A stretch of DNA of 64,000 nucleotides from an uncultured Chloroflexia bacterium (GTDB taxonomy: Bacteria; Chloroflexota; Limnocylindria; Limnocylindrales; CSP1-4), in the NCBI GenBank assembly GCA_963763775.1, contig CAVXPZ010000004.1, positions 320,001 through 384,000 of the forward strand. Direction: 5' to 3'. Each line of letters opens with the position of its first letter. Position 1 is the first letter of the stretch. The notes under the pieces were generated by a model. That model made no database searches, had not been told where the DNA came from, and was given only the letters and a program-made list of their open reading frames with translations. The position numbers and the translations under genes are program-made. Shown piece after piece: positions 49,436 through 58,761 of this stretch.

Positions 49436-50944
49436 TCAGAGGCGCGCGATCGCGTCCGCGATGACCCGGCGGGCGTCGCTCGCGTCGAGCCGCGCGAGCG
49501 GGTCGGGGTCGATCCGGTGCTCGGCCATCAAGCCGCCCTTCCGGGTGAACAGGATCGGGTAGATGGCCCCGGACCCGTCCGCCTCGAGGGTCGCGGCGAC
49601 CGCGTCCGCCCCCTCCGCATCCAGGATGTGCGACAGGGGCTGGATGCCCTCGTCCCGGAACCCGCCAGCCGGGTCGACGGTGAGCAGCCGGGCGAGATAG
49701 CCGCGCTGATGGAAGACGTCCGGCCCCTCCGCCAACTCGGTGACCAGGCTGTCCACCACGTCCGACGGCGCGATCAGCGGCCGGGCGACCTCGACGCCGT
49801 AGCGTGTCGACGCGATGTGCCGTGCGAGCACGCGGGCGTTGTACCTCGCCCCATGGACCGCCCCGGAGTTGGCCGGCAAGCCGTGCCGTTGGAGGCCCTT
49901 CGCGGCCTGGCCGAGCGTCCCGGCGACGAAGATCCCGGGGAGCGTCGTGCTCTCCCACCATGCCGACACGACCGGCAGCCGGCTCGCGCCGAACGTGGTC
50001 AGCCCGAGGTCGGGGAGGTCGCCGAGCGGCGCCACGAACCCCGTGGCCGAGATGACGTCATCCACGGTGACGAGAACGTCGCCCGCCCCGTCGGTCCGCC
50101 GGAGCCGGACGTCGAGCGCGCCGTCGGCCGTCCGCTCCACGCGGTCGATCGCCGCATCGAGGATCGACACGCCCCCGCCCAGCACGTGGTCCTCGTATGG
50201 CTGCACGTAGCGGGCACGGACGCCGACGAGCGACTTCGTGTCCACCGACAGCTTCGCGTGCGATGGCGAGACCAGGATGATCTGGCGCGCCCACGGCAGG
50301 AGCCCGTTGGCCAGCTCGAACCCGGAGTTCTGCTTGCCGATGATGCAGATCCGCCGACCCGCGTATGTCTCCGCCGGACGGACGTCCGCGTAGTGATAGG
50401 CGAACTCCATCCCGGGCCCGGGCGGCGTGTACGGCTCGGCGACCCCGACGGCGAGGACCAGGGTGCCGCAGGTGTAGGTCCCGTCGGTGGTCTCGACCGC
50501 GAACCGGTCACCGCCTTCCGGCCCGTCGAGGAGCCGCGTGCCTGTCCACCGGCAGTCGTAGCGGATCTCGAGCTTCGCCCGTTCCGCGAAGGCCGCGAGG
50601 TTGGCCTCCATCTCGGGGCGGGACGGGAAGTACGACGAGCCGTCCATGAACGTCGGGGCGATCGCGCAGGTCTCGGGCTCCTCGCCAAGCAGGCTGTTCC
50701 AGTCGAACCGCTCGTACGCCGGCGTCCCGCGTTCGGCCGGCGCGTAGGGCTTGGTCCACGACAGCAGTCGCTGGAAGAACGGCCAGCGCCGGAACATCCC
50801 GCCGGCCGACGGGTCGGCCGACAGCACGGCGTGCGAGACGCCGTGCCGGCGCAGCGAATAGGCGACCTGCAGTCCGCCGGGTCCGCTGCCGATGACGATG
50901 ACCGGATAGGACCCGGGCGGGAACGGGCGCGTCAGCTCCGCCAT
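49436..50944 (-). CDS. FAD/NAD(P)-dependent oxidoreductase (flavin monooxygenase / TrxB-like fold)
   Basis: VIGSGPGG, IIGKQNSG, ATGF, GIFVAG motifs. Confidence 0.85.
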   Translation of the reverse strand: MAELTRPFPPGSYPVIVIGSGPGGLQVAYSLRRHGVSHAVLSADPSAGGMFRRWPFFQRLLSWTKPYAPAERGTPAYERFDWNSLLGEEPETCAIAPTFMDGSSYFPSRPEMEANLAAFAERAKLEIRYDCRWTGTRLLDGPEGGDRFAVETTDGTYTCGTLVLAVGVAEPYTPPGPGMEFAYHYADVRPAETYAGRRICIIGKQNSGFELANGLLPWARQIILVSPSHAKLSVDTKSLVGVRARYVQPYEDHVLGGGVSILDAAIDRVERTADGALDVRLRRTDGAGDVLVTVDDVISATGFVAPLGDLPDLGLTTFGASRLPVVSAWWESTTLPGIFVAGTLGQAAKGLQRHGLPANSGAVHGARYNARVLARHIASTRYGVEVARPLIAPSDVVDSLVTELAEGPDVFHQRGYLARLLTVDPAGGFRDEGIQPLSHILDAEGADAVAATLEADGSGAIYPILFTRKGGLMAEHRIDPDPLARLDASDARRVIADAIARL

Positions 50945-51354
50945 CGGTTCGCGGCCCGCAGCCGGCGTGCCTGGGCCTGGAGCATCCGGAACATGACGCG
51001 CGGATGCGTGATGAGGAAGCCCTCGACGGCCGGGCCGGCGAGGACCAGGCAGCGCATGGGTCGGGTGACGACCACGTCGGCGATCGGCGTCTCTCCCAGC
51101 AGGATCGACACTTCCCCGAAGAAGTCGCCACGAGCCAGGCGGGCACGCTCGGTGCCGTCGACGACGATCGCGGCCTCGCCCTCGAGGATCACGTGGAACC
51201 CCGACCCGGAGAGCCCCTGACGGAGGACGCGCTCGCCCTCGCTGAAGACCGCCTCATCGAAGGTATGGACGATCCCTTCGAGCTGCGGCGACGTCAGGTC
51301 CGCGAACAGCGCGAACCCGGCGATCGCATCCATGAGTTCCTCGCGACCGGCCAT
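50932..51354 (-). CDS. Stand-alone cyclic-nucleotide-binding domain protein
   Basis: LFADL, RQG, VILEG, GDFFGEVS, IADV (PBC Arg absent); overlaps the oxidoreductase start by 13 nt. Confidence 0.9.
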   Translation of the reverse strand: MAGREELMDAIAGFALFADLTSPQLEGIVHTFDEAVFSEGERVLRQGLSGSGFHVILEGEAAIVVDGTERARLARGDFFGEVSILLGETPIADVVVTRPMRCLVLAGPAVEGFLITHPRVMFRMLQAQARRLRAANRWRS

Positions 51355-51481
51355 CCGATCCCCTCTCGCGCGTACGCGTGCGACCCTGTCGTCCGTCTTC
51401 GCACATCGTGCCACCATCCGCGTCGACGTGGAGGCCGGACGTGCGGCCGGGAGGGCCTTCCGGCCCGGCGGCGCGCTCGTG

Positions 51482-51510
51482 TTGACGCCCCCGTCACGGC
51501 AGCGCAGCAT
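51482..51510 (+). promoter_or_regulatory. Candidate promoter with palindrome over -35 for the cNMP-cyclase operon
   Basis: TTGACG, 17 bp, CAGCAT; palindrome TGACG-CCCC-CGTCA at 51483-51496. Confidence 0.45.
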
Positions 51511-51552
51511 GGCAGTCGAGGCGCGGCCATCCCCAGGCCGACGGGAGGATGC

Positions 51553-51981
51553 ATGACCCTGACCAGCGACCGACGCGTGGCGCTCCTGGCGGCGACGCCG
51601 CTGTTCGCGGACCTCGACCCTGCCGGCATGCAGATGATCGCGGAGCGGGCGATCGAGGTGGCGTTCGACGGCGGTCACGTCATCGCGCGCCAGGGCGACA
51701 TCGGGACCGGGTTCTTCGTGATCGTGAGCGGTGCCGTCCGGGTCGTCCGGGACGGGCAGGAGGTCGCGCGCCTCGGCCAGGGCGAGTTCTTCGGCGAGTT
51801 GTCGGTCCTCGACGGCCGGCCGCGGACCGCCCAGGTCGTCGCCGACGGCCCGACGACGTGCCTGGCGCTCGCCTCGTGGGACTTCGAGGCGGTCGTCGGC
51901 GCCCAGCCGGCGGTCGCCCTCGCCGTCATGCGAGTCCTCGCCCGTCGCCTTCGGGACCTGACCGAAGGGTCCCGGCACTGA
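51553..51981 (+). CDS. Stand-alone cyclic-nucleotide-binding domain protein
   Basis: PLFADL, RQGD, GEFFGELSVLDGRPRTA intact phosphate-binding cassette; GGAGG RBS. Confidence 0.92.
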   Translation: MTLTSDRRVALLAATPLFADLDPAGMQMIAERAIEVAFDGGHVIARQGDIGTGFFVIVSGAVRVVRDGQEVARLGQGEFFGELSVLDGRPRTAQVVADGPTTCLALASWDFEAVVGAQPAVALAVMRVLARRLRDLTEGSRH

Positions 51982-52003
51982 CGCGACCACCGCGATCCGC
52001 CCG

Positions 52004-54742
52004 ATGACCGTCGACGGCTCCGGCGCGGGTGCCACCCGGACCTTCCTGTTCTCGGATATCGAGGGGTCGACGCGGCTCGAGGAGCGGATCGGCACCGAGC
52101 GGTATGCCGCGATCCGCGAACGGCACCGAGCCCTCCTCCGGGCCGCCTTCGCCGCCGCCGGGGGCGAGGAGCAGGGCACCGAGGGCGACTCCTTCTTCGT
52201 CACCTTCGGCAGCGCCCGGGGCGCGGTCGCGGCCGCCGTGGACGCGCAGCGCGCGCTGGTCGCCGAGCCGTGGCCCGAGGATGCGACCGTCCGCGTCCGG
52301 ATGGGGATCCACACCGGCGAGCCCGAGTGGGCCGGCGGATCGCTCGTCGGCCTGGACATCAACCGGGCGGCCCGCATCTCCGCGGCGGCGCACGGCGGCC
52401 AGATCCTGGTCTCGGACGCGACCCGCGCGCTCGTCGCCGGGGCGCTCCCGCCGGACGTCCGCCTCCGGGAGCTCGGGGAGTTCCGGCTGCGGGACCTCAC
52501 GATGCCCGAGCGGCTGTCGCAGGTGGAGGCGGACGGCCTGCCGGCCGCCTTCCCGCCGCCGCGCACGCCGGACGCCCGTGTCACGAACCTGCCGAGCCAG
52601 CTCACGACCTTCGTCGGCCGCCAGGAGGAGCTGGCGGAAGCCGCGGACCTGCTCGAGCGGACGCGCATCCTCACCCTCACCGGCCCCGGCGGCACCGGCA
52701 AGACCCGGATGTCGCTCGCGCTCGCGGAGATGGTCGCGGACCGCTTTCCCGACGGCGTCTACTTCGTGGCGCTCGAGCCGGTCCGCGACCCGATGCTCGT
52801 GCCGTCGCGGATCGCCGCCGCGGTGGGGGTCGCGGAGATCGGGAGCCGGTCCGTCCTCGAGCTGCTCATCGAGTGGCTGGGCGATCGCCACGTCCTGCTC
52901 GTCCTCGACAATTGGGAGCAGGTCATCGAGGCGGCCCCGGTCGCCGCGGAGCTGCTCCGCGCCGCGGACCATCTCAAGATCATCGCGACCAGCCGGGCGG
53001 CGCTGCGAGTCTCCGGGGAGCAGGAGTTCCCGGTCCCCGGTCTCCCGGCCCCGCCGGACCCGTCGGAGCTCTCGACGCTCGAGCGGATGAGCCTGCCCGG
53101 CGGTGCCCGGACCCTCGACGCCGAGGCGATCGGGCACTACGCCGCGGTCAGGCTCTTCATCGAGCGCGCCGTGGCGGTGCGGCCGGGGTTCCGTGTCACC
53201 AACGAGAACGCGCCGGCCGTGGCGGCCATCAGTGCCCGGCTCCACGGCATGCCGCTCGCGATCGAGCTGGCGGCCGCGCGCGTCAAGCTCCTGGCGCCGG
53301 ACGCCATCCTCGCCCGCCTCGAGCACCAGCTCGACCTGCTCGCGGCGGGAAGCCGCGACCTGCCCGCCCGGCAGCAGACACTCCGCGGCGCGATCGCCTG
53401 GAGCTACGACCTGCTCGACGACGGTGCGCGCCGGCTGCTGGATCGCATGTCGGTGTTCGCCGGCAGTTGCGATCTCGAGACGGCCGAGGCGATCTGCGGT
53501 CCAGGGGCCGAGGTCGGTGGCGATGTCGCCGACGGTCTCATGGCCCTCGCCGACCAGAGCCTCATCCGCATCGAGGAGACCCCGAGCGGCGAGCCGCGCT
53601 TCCGGATGCTCGAGTCGATCCGGGAGTTCGCGGCCGAGCGCTTGACGGAACGGGGCGAGACCGACCTCGTCCGGATCCGGCATCGCGACTGGTACCACGC
53701 GCTGGCCGAGTCGGCCTCGGCCGAGCTGTCCGGTGCCGACCAACGGCGCTGGCTCGACCGCCTCGAACTCGAGCACGACGACATCCGCACCGCGCTCGAT
53801 CTCGCCGTGGCCACCCCCGACCCGCCGGTCGCGGTCGGCATGGCCTTCGCCCTGTGGCGGTTCTGGCAGAAGCACGGACACCTGGCGGAGGCGCGCCGCC
53901 GGCTCGATGCGATGGCCGCGGCATCGTGGTCGCACGACGACTCACGGCTTCGTGCCCGCATCCTCGAGGCGCTCGGCGGCGTCTGCTGGTGGCAGGCGGA
54001 CCTGCCGGTGATGCAAGCCTGCTACGAGGAGGCGCTGGCGATCTGGCTGGAGCTTGGCGACGAGCACGAGATCGCCAATGCGTACTACAACGCCTCGTTC
54101 AGCTACGGCCTGTGGAACCAGGCCGGACACGTGTCCGACCCGGAACAGGACGCGATCGGCCGGTCGTACGCGACGGCCGCCCTCGAGGGCTTTCGTCGCC
54201 TGGGCGACCGGCGCGGCGAGGCGAACGCGTTGTGGGGTCTCGGGAACGCCGCCTACTTCCACAGCGAACCGGGGGCCGGGGTCGAGGAGTTCCGGGCCGC
54301 CCTGGAGATCTTCCGCGCCGATGGCGACCGGACGATGGAGGCGTGGTCCCTCCACATGCTCGGCACCGCGCTGATCCGCCAGGGCGACGCGGAGGAGGCG
54401 CGCGGCCACATCGTCCACGCGATCCGCCACTTCGACGCCGCCGGTGATGCCGCCGGCCTGACCCTGACCCTGTACGACATCGCCGCCGTGTCCGTCATGG
54501 AGGGCGACCTGTCGCGGGCGGCGCGGCTGCGCGGGGCGGCGCGGAACCTGAGCACCGAGACCGGCGCGACGCTCGCCACGTTCGTGGAGGACATCTTCGA
54601 GGAGGGGATCCGGCCGAGCGTCCGCGGGGCGCTCACCGAGGAGGAGATCGAGCGGTTAGGCGCCGAGGGCGCGGCGATGACCATGGAGCAGGCCGTGCGG
54701 TACGCCCTCGAGGGCGCCGGCGACGGGTCCGACGAGGCCTGA
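52004..54742 (+). CDS. Class III nucleotide cyclase + STAND (NB-ARC-like) ATPase + TPR protein
   Basis: FLFSDIEGST, TEGDSFF, RMGIHTG, INRAAR; FVGR, GPGGTGKTR, LVLDNWE, GMPLAIELAA; C-terminal TPR-like helices. Confidence 0.92.
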   Translation: MTVDGSGAGATRTFLFSDIEGSTRLEERIGTERYAAIRERHRALLRAAFAAAGGEEQGTEGDSFFVTFGSARGAVAAAVDAQRALVAEPWPEDATVRVRMGIHTGEPEWAGGSLVGLDINRAARISAAAHGGQILVSDATRALVAGALPPDVRLRELGEFRLRDLTMPERLSQVEADGLPAAFPPPRTPDARVTNLPSQLTTFVGRQEELAEAADLLERTRILTLTGPGGTGKTRMSLALAEMVADRFPDGVYFVALEPVRDPMLVPSRIAAAVGVAEIGSRSVLELLIEWLGDRHVLLVLDNWEQVIEAAPVAAELLRAADHLKIIATSRAALRVSGEQEFPVPGLPAPPDPSELSTLERMSLPGGARTLDAEAIGHYAAVRLFIERAVAVRPGFRVTNENAPAVAAISARLHGMPLAIELAAARVKLLAPDAILARLEHQLDLLAAGSRDLPARQQTLRGAIAWSYDLLDDGARRLLDRMSVFAGSCDLETAEAICGPGAEVGGDVADGLMALADQSLIRIEETPSGEPRFRMLESIREFAAERLTERGETDLVRIRHRDWYHALAESASAELSGADQRRWLDRLELEHDDIRTALDLAVATPDPPVAVGMAFALWRFWQKHGHLAEARRRLDAMAAASWSHDDSRLRARILEALGGVCWWQADLPVMQACYEEALAIWLELGDEHEIANAYYNASFSYGLWNQAGHVSDPEQDAIGRSYATAALEGFRRLGDRRGEANALWGLGNAAYFHSEPGAGVEEFRAALEIFRADGDRTMEAWSLHMLGTALIRQGDAEEARGHIVHAIRHFDAAGDAAGLTLTLYDIAAVSVMEGDLSRAARLRGAARNLSTETGATLATFVEDIFEEGIRPSVRGALTEEEIERLGAEGAAMTMEQAVRYALEGAGDGSDEA

Positions 54743-54779
54743 GTGGCCGTCGGCGGTTGCCGCTAGACTGACCCTCCTG

Positions 54780-55664
54780 ATGACGGCCCAGACCATCCCG
54801 CCCGCATCGCCCGACGCCGCGGGGCCGGCGCGCGCGAAGACGGCGATCCCCAAGAACCCGGGGCGTCGCGACCTCGGGATGAAGGCGACGCTGCTCTTCC
54901 CCGACCGCGAGATCGTCGAGAAGTTCTACGTCCCGGTCATCTACACGGCCTGCCGGACGTGCTACTCCGAGCAGGCGCCCGAGGAGATCTTCGACCGCGC
55001 CGTCGCGGGCGACTTCGACGCGCTCAAGATGCAGAAGCTCATCTCCTCGGTCATCGAATCGGGGCATGGCTCGACCATCGAGCATGTCGTCTTCACCTTC
55101 GCCATCACCGGCGTGTCGCGGACGCTGTCGCACCAGCTCGTGCGGCACCGCGCCGGGGTCGCCTTCGACCAGCAGAGCCAGCGCTACGTGAAGTACAAGG
55201 GCGCCGCCGCGATGCTCCCCCACTCCATCGCCGAGGGCGACGACGAGCTGCGCGAACGATACGAATCGCAGGTGGACAGCGCCCTCGAGCTGTACGGCGA
55301 GATGCTCGGCGCGGGCATCCCGGGCGAGGACGCGCGCTTCGTGTTCCCGAACGCCACCCGGACCAACCTCGTGATGACGACCAACCTCCGGGCCCTGATC
55401 CACATGTCCGGCCTGCGTCTGTGCACGATGGCCCAGTGGGAGATCCGCCGCCTCTTCCAGCTGATCCGCCACGAGATCTTCGCGGTGTCGCCGTTCCTCG
55501 GGTCGTTCCTGGCGCCCAAGTGCGTGCCGCTCGGCTATTGCGACGAGTTCAACAACCGCGATGGCCACTGCCCGATCCGGCCGCACAAGGACCGGGTCCT
55601 CGAAGCCTGGGCAGAGAAGGCCGCGGCCGCCAAGGCGTCCGGCCGGGAACTGCCGCAGGCCTGA
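54780..55664 (+). CDS. thyX: FAD-dependent thymidylate synthase
   Basis: GHGSTIEH, HQLVRHR...QQSQRY, EDARFVFP, AQWEIR. Confidence 0.93.
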   Translation: MTAQTIPPASPDAAGPARAKTAIPKNPGRRDLGMKATLLFPDREIVEKFYVPVIYTACRTCYSEQAPEEIFDRAVAGDFDALKMQKLISSVIESGHGSTIEHVVFTFAITGVSRTLSHQLVRHRAGVAFDQQSQRYVKYKGAAAMLPHSIAEGDDELRERYESQVDSALELYGEMLGAGIPGEDARFVFPNATRTNLVMTTNLRALIHMSGLRLCTMAQWEIRRLFQLIRHEIFAVSPFLGSFLAPKCVPLGYCDEFNNRDGHCPIRPHKDRVLEAWAEKAAAAKASGRELPQA

Positions 55665-55693
55665 GACCGGGCCGGGGCGGGGACGAGACCTCC

Positions 55694-56429
55694 ATGAGCG
55701 AGTCCGCGTGGGCGCGTCTCACGGACGCCGTCCAGCGCGATCCGGCGGTGGTCGGCCTCGTCCTCACCGGTGCCCGCGGCAAGGGCGTCTGGACCGACCA
55801 CTCGGATTTCGACGGCCTGCTCGTGGTCGAGGACGCGGCCGTCGAGGCGTGGCGGTCGCGCGACCTCGGCGACCTCGACCTGACGGTGCTCGGCGCGACC
55901 GCCTTCGAGACCTACGCCGAGCCGTTCACGCCCATCGCGTGGCGCGGCTACGACTTCGCCCGATTGACCGCCGTCGTCGACCGCGGCGGCTTCCAGGCGG
56001 CGCTTGACCGGAAGGGCCGGCTCGCGCCGGCCGCCGCCGAAACGATCGCCGAGGAGGCCATCGGCGGGGCGCTGAACCAGCTCTACCGGGCGGCCAAGAG
56101 CCACCGGGACGGATCGGTCCGCGCGGTCCGCCTCGACCTGCTCGAGTTCGTCCCGTACCTGCTCACGAGCCTGTTCGCCCTCGAGGGCCGGCATCGGCCG
56201 TACAACAAGCTGCTGGCCTGGGACCTCGGCGAGGAGCCGCTCCGGGCCGTCGACACCCCGACGCTCCTGACCGATGTCGACGCGGTCGCGATCCATAGCG
56301 GACCTCGCCGCGGCCTGGCGCCTCGAGGCGGTCCTCCAGGCGTCCGGCGCGGCCGCAGGCGTCACGCGCGAGCTCGAGGACTGGGAGGACCACCTCGTGG
56401 TCGTCCGGCCGATCCTCCCGTCCGGCTGA
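55694..56429 (+). CDS. Nucleotidyltransferase-fold (Pol-beta superfamily) hypothetical protein; apparent +1 insertion near 56300
   Basis: LVLTGARGKG...SDFD motif; RPYNK. The shifted frame gives a plausible C-terminus ending TGA 56429 without overlapping punA. Confidence 0.7.
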
Positions 56430-56456
56430 CCGAGGCGGGCCGGGCCGGACCGGCCC

Positions 56457-57341
56457 TCAGAGGTCGGACACGAACCGCCGGATCACGCGCGCGAGCCGCG
56501 GACCCGCGACCTCCCCCGAATCCATGACCTCCTGGTGCGTCAGCGGTGCCCCCGTGTACCCGGCACCGGCGTTCGTCACGAGCGAGACGCCGCAGACCTC
56601 CAGGCCCACCCAGCGGGCCGCGATGCACTCGAGCACCGTCGACATCCCGACCGCGTGGCCACCGAGTCCAGCCAGCATGCGCACCTCGGCCGGCGTCTCG
56701 TAGTTGGGACCGGTCAGGCCGATGTACACCCCGTCGGCGAGGGGCACGTCCTCGGCGACACCGGCCGCGTGGAGCCGCTCGTTGAGTCGCGGGCTCCAGG
56801 CATCGGTGAGGTCCGGGAAGCGCGGCCCGAGCGAGTCCGCGTTCTGCCCGATGAGCGGGTTGAGCCCGGTCAGGTTGATGTGGTCGGTCATGACCATGAG
56901 CGTCCCCGGGCCGAACGACGGGTCCAGCCCGCCGGCGGCGTTCGTCAGGACGACGATGGACGCGCCGAGTCGTTGGAACAGCAGCACCGGCTCGATGACC
57001 AGCCCCGGATGGTTGCCCTCGTAGAGGTGGAACCGGCCCTGGAGCAGCACGACCGGCGTCTCACCCAGGGTCCCGAGGAGTAGCCGCCCGGCATGCCCTG
57101 GGGCCGTCGCGGCCGGCCATCCCGGCAGCTCGGCGAACGGGATCGCCACCGGGTCCTCGAGGTCGTCCGCGATGGCACCGAGCCCGGAACCCAGCACGAT
57201 CCCCACCCGGGGCACGAGATCCGTCCGCTCGCGGACCGCCGCCTCGAGCGCGGCGAGGCGCGCCGGCTGCGCGACCGGCGGGATCGGGCGCGTCGGGTCG
57301 AGGGGCCGGCCGGCGTCGGCGGGGAGCGGAAGATCGGACAT
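56457..57341 (-). CDS. punA: Purine-nucleoside phosphorylase (trimeric type)
   Basis: VLGSGLG, GHAG, QGRFHLYEG, TNAAGG, GPNYETPAE, VGMSTV, VTN. Confidence 0.95.
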   Translation of the reverse strand: MSDLPLPADAGRPLDPTRPIPPVAQPARLAALEAAVRERTDLVPRVGIVLGSGLGAIADDLEDPVAIPFAELPGWPAATAPGHAGRLLLGTLGETPVVLLQGRFHLYEGNHPGLVIEPVLLFQRLGASIVVLTNAAGGLDPSFGPGTLMVMTDHINLTGLNPLIGQNADSLGPRFPDLTDAWSPRLNERLHAAGVAEDVPLADGVYIGLTGPNYETPAEVRMLAGLGGHAVGMSTVLECIAARWVGLEVCGVSLVTNAGAGYTGAPLTHQEVMDSGEVAGPRLARVIRRFVSDL

Positions 57342-57585
57342 GCGGGCCTCCAGGAAACGCGTCCAGGGGGTAGACGGCCGAGGCCCGCAGACTTCGTCGG
57401 CCCGACGGAAGTATCGACACCGGGATGCCGATCACGTCCCGTCGGGCGCGAACCCGCGGGGGAGACCGTGGTGAGACAGCCACCCGAGCTGGGCAACGAA
57501 GCGCCCGAAGCGACCGGCGCTGGATCGAAGGTCCTTGATGCGATCTCGGGTCCTGCGGTCCTGTCGGCCCCTTCGGGCAAGACCT

Positions 57586-57696
57586 ACGTTAGGGGCGACC
57601 CGGTGGACAGGTCAACGCGGTTATCCACGAAGTTCCGGTGCGGGGCGGCAACCGTATCCACGAAGTCGTCCGCGAGTGTGGACAAGGTGTGGACGA
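57586..57696 (-). promoter_or_regulatory. DnaA-box cluster overlapping a sigma70-type promoter
   Basis: Boxes at 57602 (rc CTGTCCACC), 57621 TTATCCACG, 57654 GTATCCACG, 57677 (rc TTGTCCACA), 57688 (rc TCGTCCACA). Minus-strand TTGACC (57615-57610), 18 bp, TAACGT (57591-57586). Confidence 0.7.
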
Positions 57697-57711
57697 TGCC
57701 GACAGCGGCGG

Positions 57712-58761
57712 TCAGCCGCCCATCGCGAACATCTCGACCTTGGGCAGCGTCGAGGTGGCCGCCGAGCGGAGCTCCGAGTAGCGGTCCCCCCGGCGAAGCC
57801 AGATCCGCTCGATGAACGCCGCGAGTTCCGCGTCAGAGGAACCGTCGCGCAGCCGCGCCCGGATGTCCTGTCCGTCCACGGCGAACAGGCAGGTGTAGAG
57901 CTGGCCCTCGGCGGACAGGCGCGCGCGCGTGCAGTCCCCGCAGAACGGCGTCGTCACCGACGTGATGACCCCGAACTCGCCGCGGCCATCCTCGTAGACC
58001 CAGCGGCCCGCGACCTCACCCCGGTAGGACGCGTCGGCCGGGGCCACCGGCCATCGGGCCTTGAGCATCTCGACGATCTCCCCGGCCGGGACCACCTCGT
58101 CGAGTCGCCAGCCGTTGGAATGGCCGACGTCCATGTACTCGATGAACCGAAGCGTGACCCCGGTCTCGCGCGCCCACTCGGCCATCGGCACGATGCTCGC
58201 CTCGTTGATGCCGCGACGCACGACCATGTTCACCTTGACCGGCGCGAGCCCTGCCTCGATGGCGGCATCCACCCCGTCGAGGACGCGCGCGACGGGGAAG
58301 TCGATGCCGTTCATCGCCCCGAAGACCGCGTCGTCGAGCGAGTCGAGGCTGACGGTCACCCGTCCGAGCCCGGCGTCGGCGAGGGGGCGGGCCAGGGCAC
58401 GGAGCGCCGACCCGTTCGTCGTCAGTGTCAGGTCGACGGGCTCGCCGTCCGGCCGGCGGATCGCGGCGAGCATGGCGATGAGGTCCGGGAGGTCGCGGCG
58501 CACGAGCGGCTCCCCGCCGGTGATGCGCAATTTGTGGACACCGAGGCCGACGAAGGTCCGAGCCGCCCGCTCGATCTCCTCGAACCGCAGCACCTGGTCG
58601 CGCGGCAGGAAGGCGTAGTCCCGGCCGAAGACCTCCTTGGGCATGCAATACGTGCATCGGAAGTTGCACCGGTCCGTCACGGAGATCCGCAGATCACGCA
58701 GGGCCCGGCCCCGGGTGTCGATGACGCCGGGGCTGCCGTCGAAGGTGGCCGAGGGATGCAT
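57712..58761 (-). CDS. moaA: GTP 3',8-cyclase (Moco biosynthesis radical SAM)
   Basis: LRISVTDRCNFRCTYC, TGGEP, FCGDC.R.R, C-terminal GG. Confidence 0.96.
   Translation of the reverse strand: MHPSATFDGSPGVIDTRGRALRDLRISVTDRCNFRCTYCMPKEVFGRDYAFLPRDQVLRFEEIERAARTFVGLGVHKLRITGGEPLVRRDLPDLIAMLAAIRRPDGEPVDLTLTTNGSALRALARPLADAGLGRVTVSLDSLDDAVFGAMNGIDFPVARVLDGVDAAIEAGLAPVKVNMVVRRGINEASIVPMAEWARETGVTLRFIEYMDVGHSNGWRLDEVVPAGEIVEMLKARWPVAPADASYRGEVAGRWVYEDGRGEFGVITSVTTPFCGDCTRARLSAEGQLYTCLFAVDGQDIRARLRDGSSDAELAAFIERIWLRRGDRYSELRSAATSTLPKVEMFAMGG

Noticed and set aside
57586-57696. Chromosomal replication origin
   Set aside because: Only five boxes, no AT-rich unwinding element and no dnaA/dnaN/rpmH neighbours. 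Not excluded without GC-skew data.
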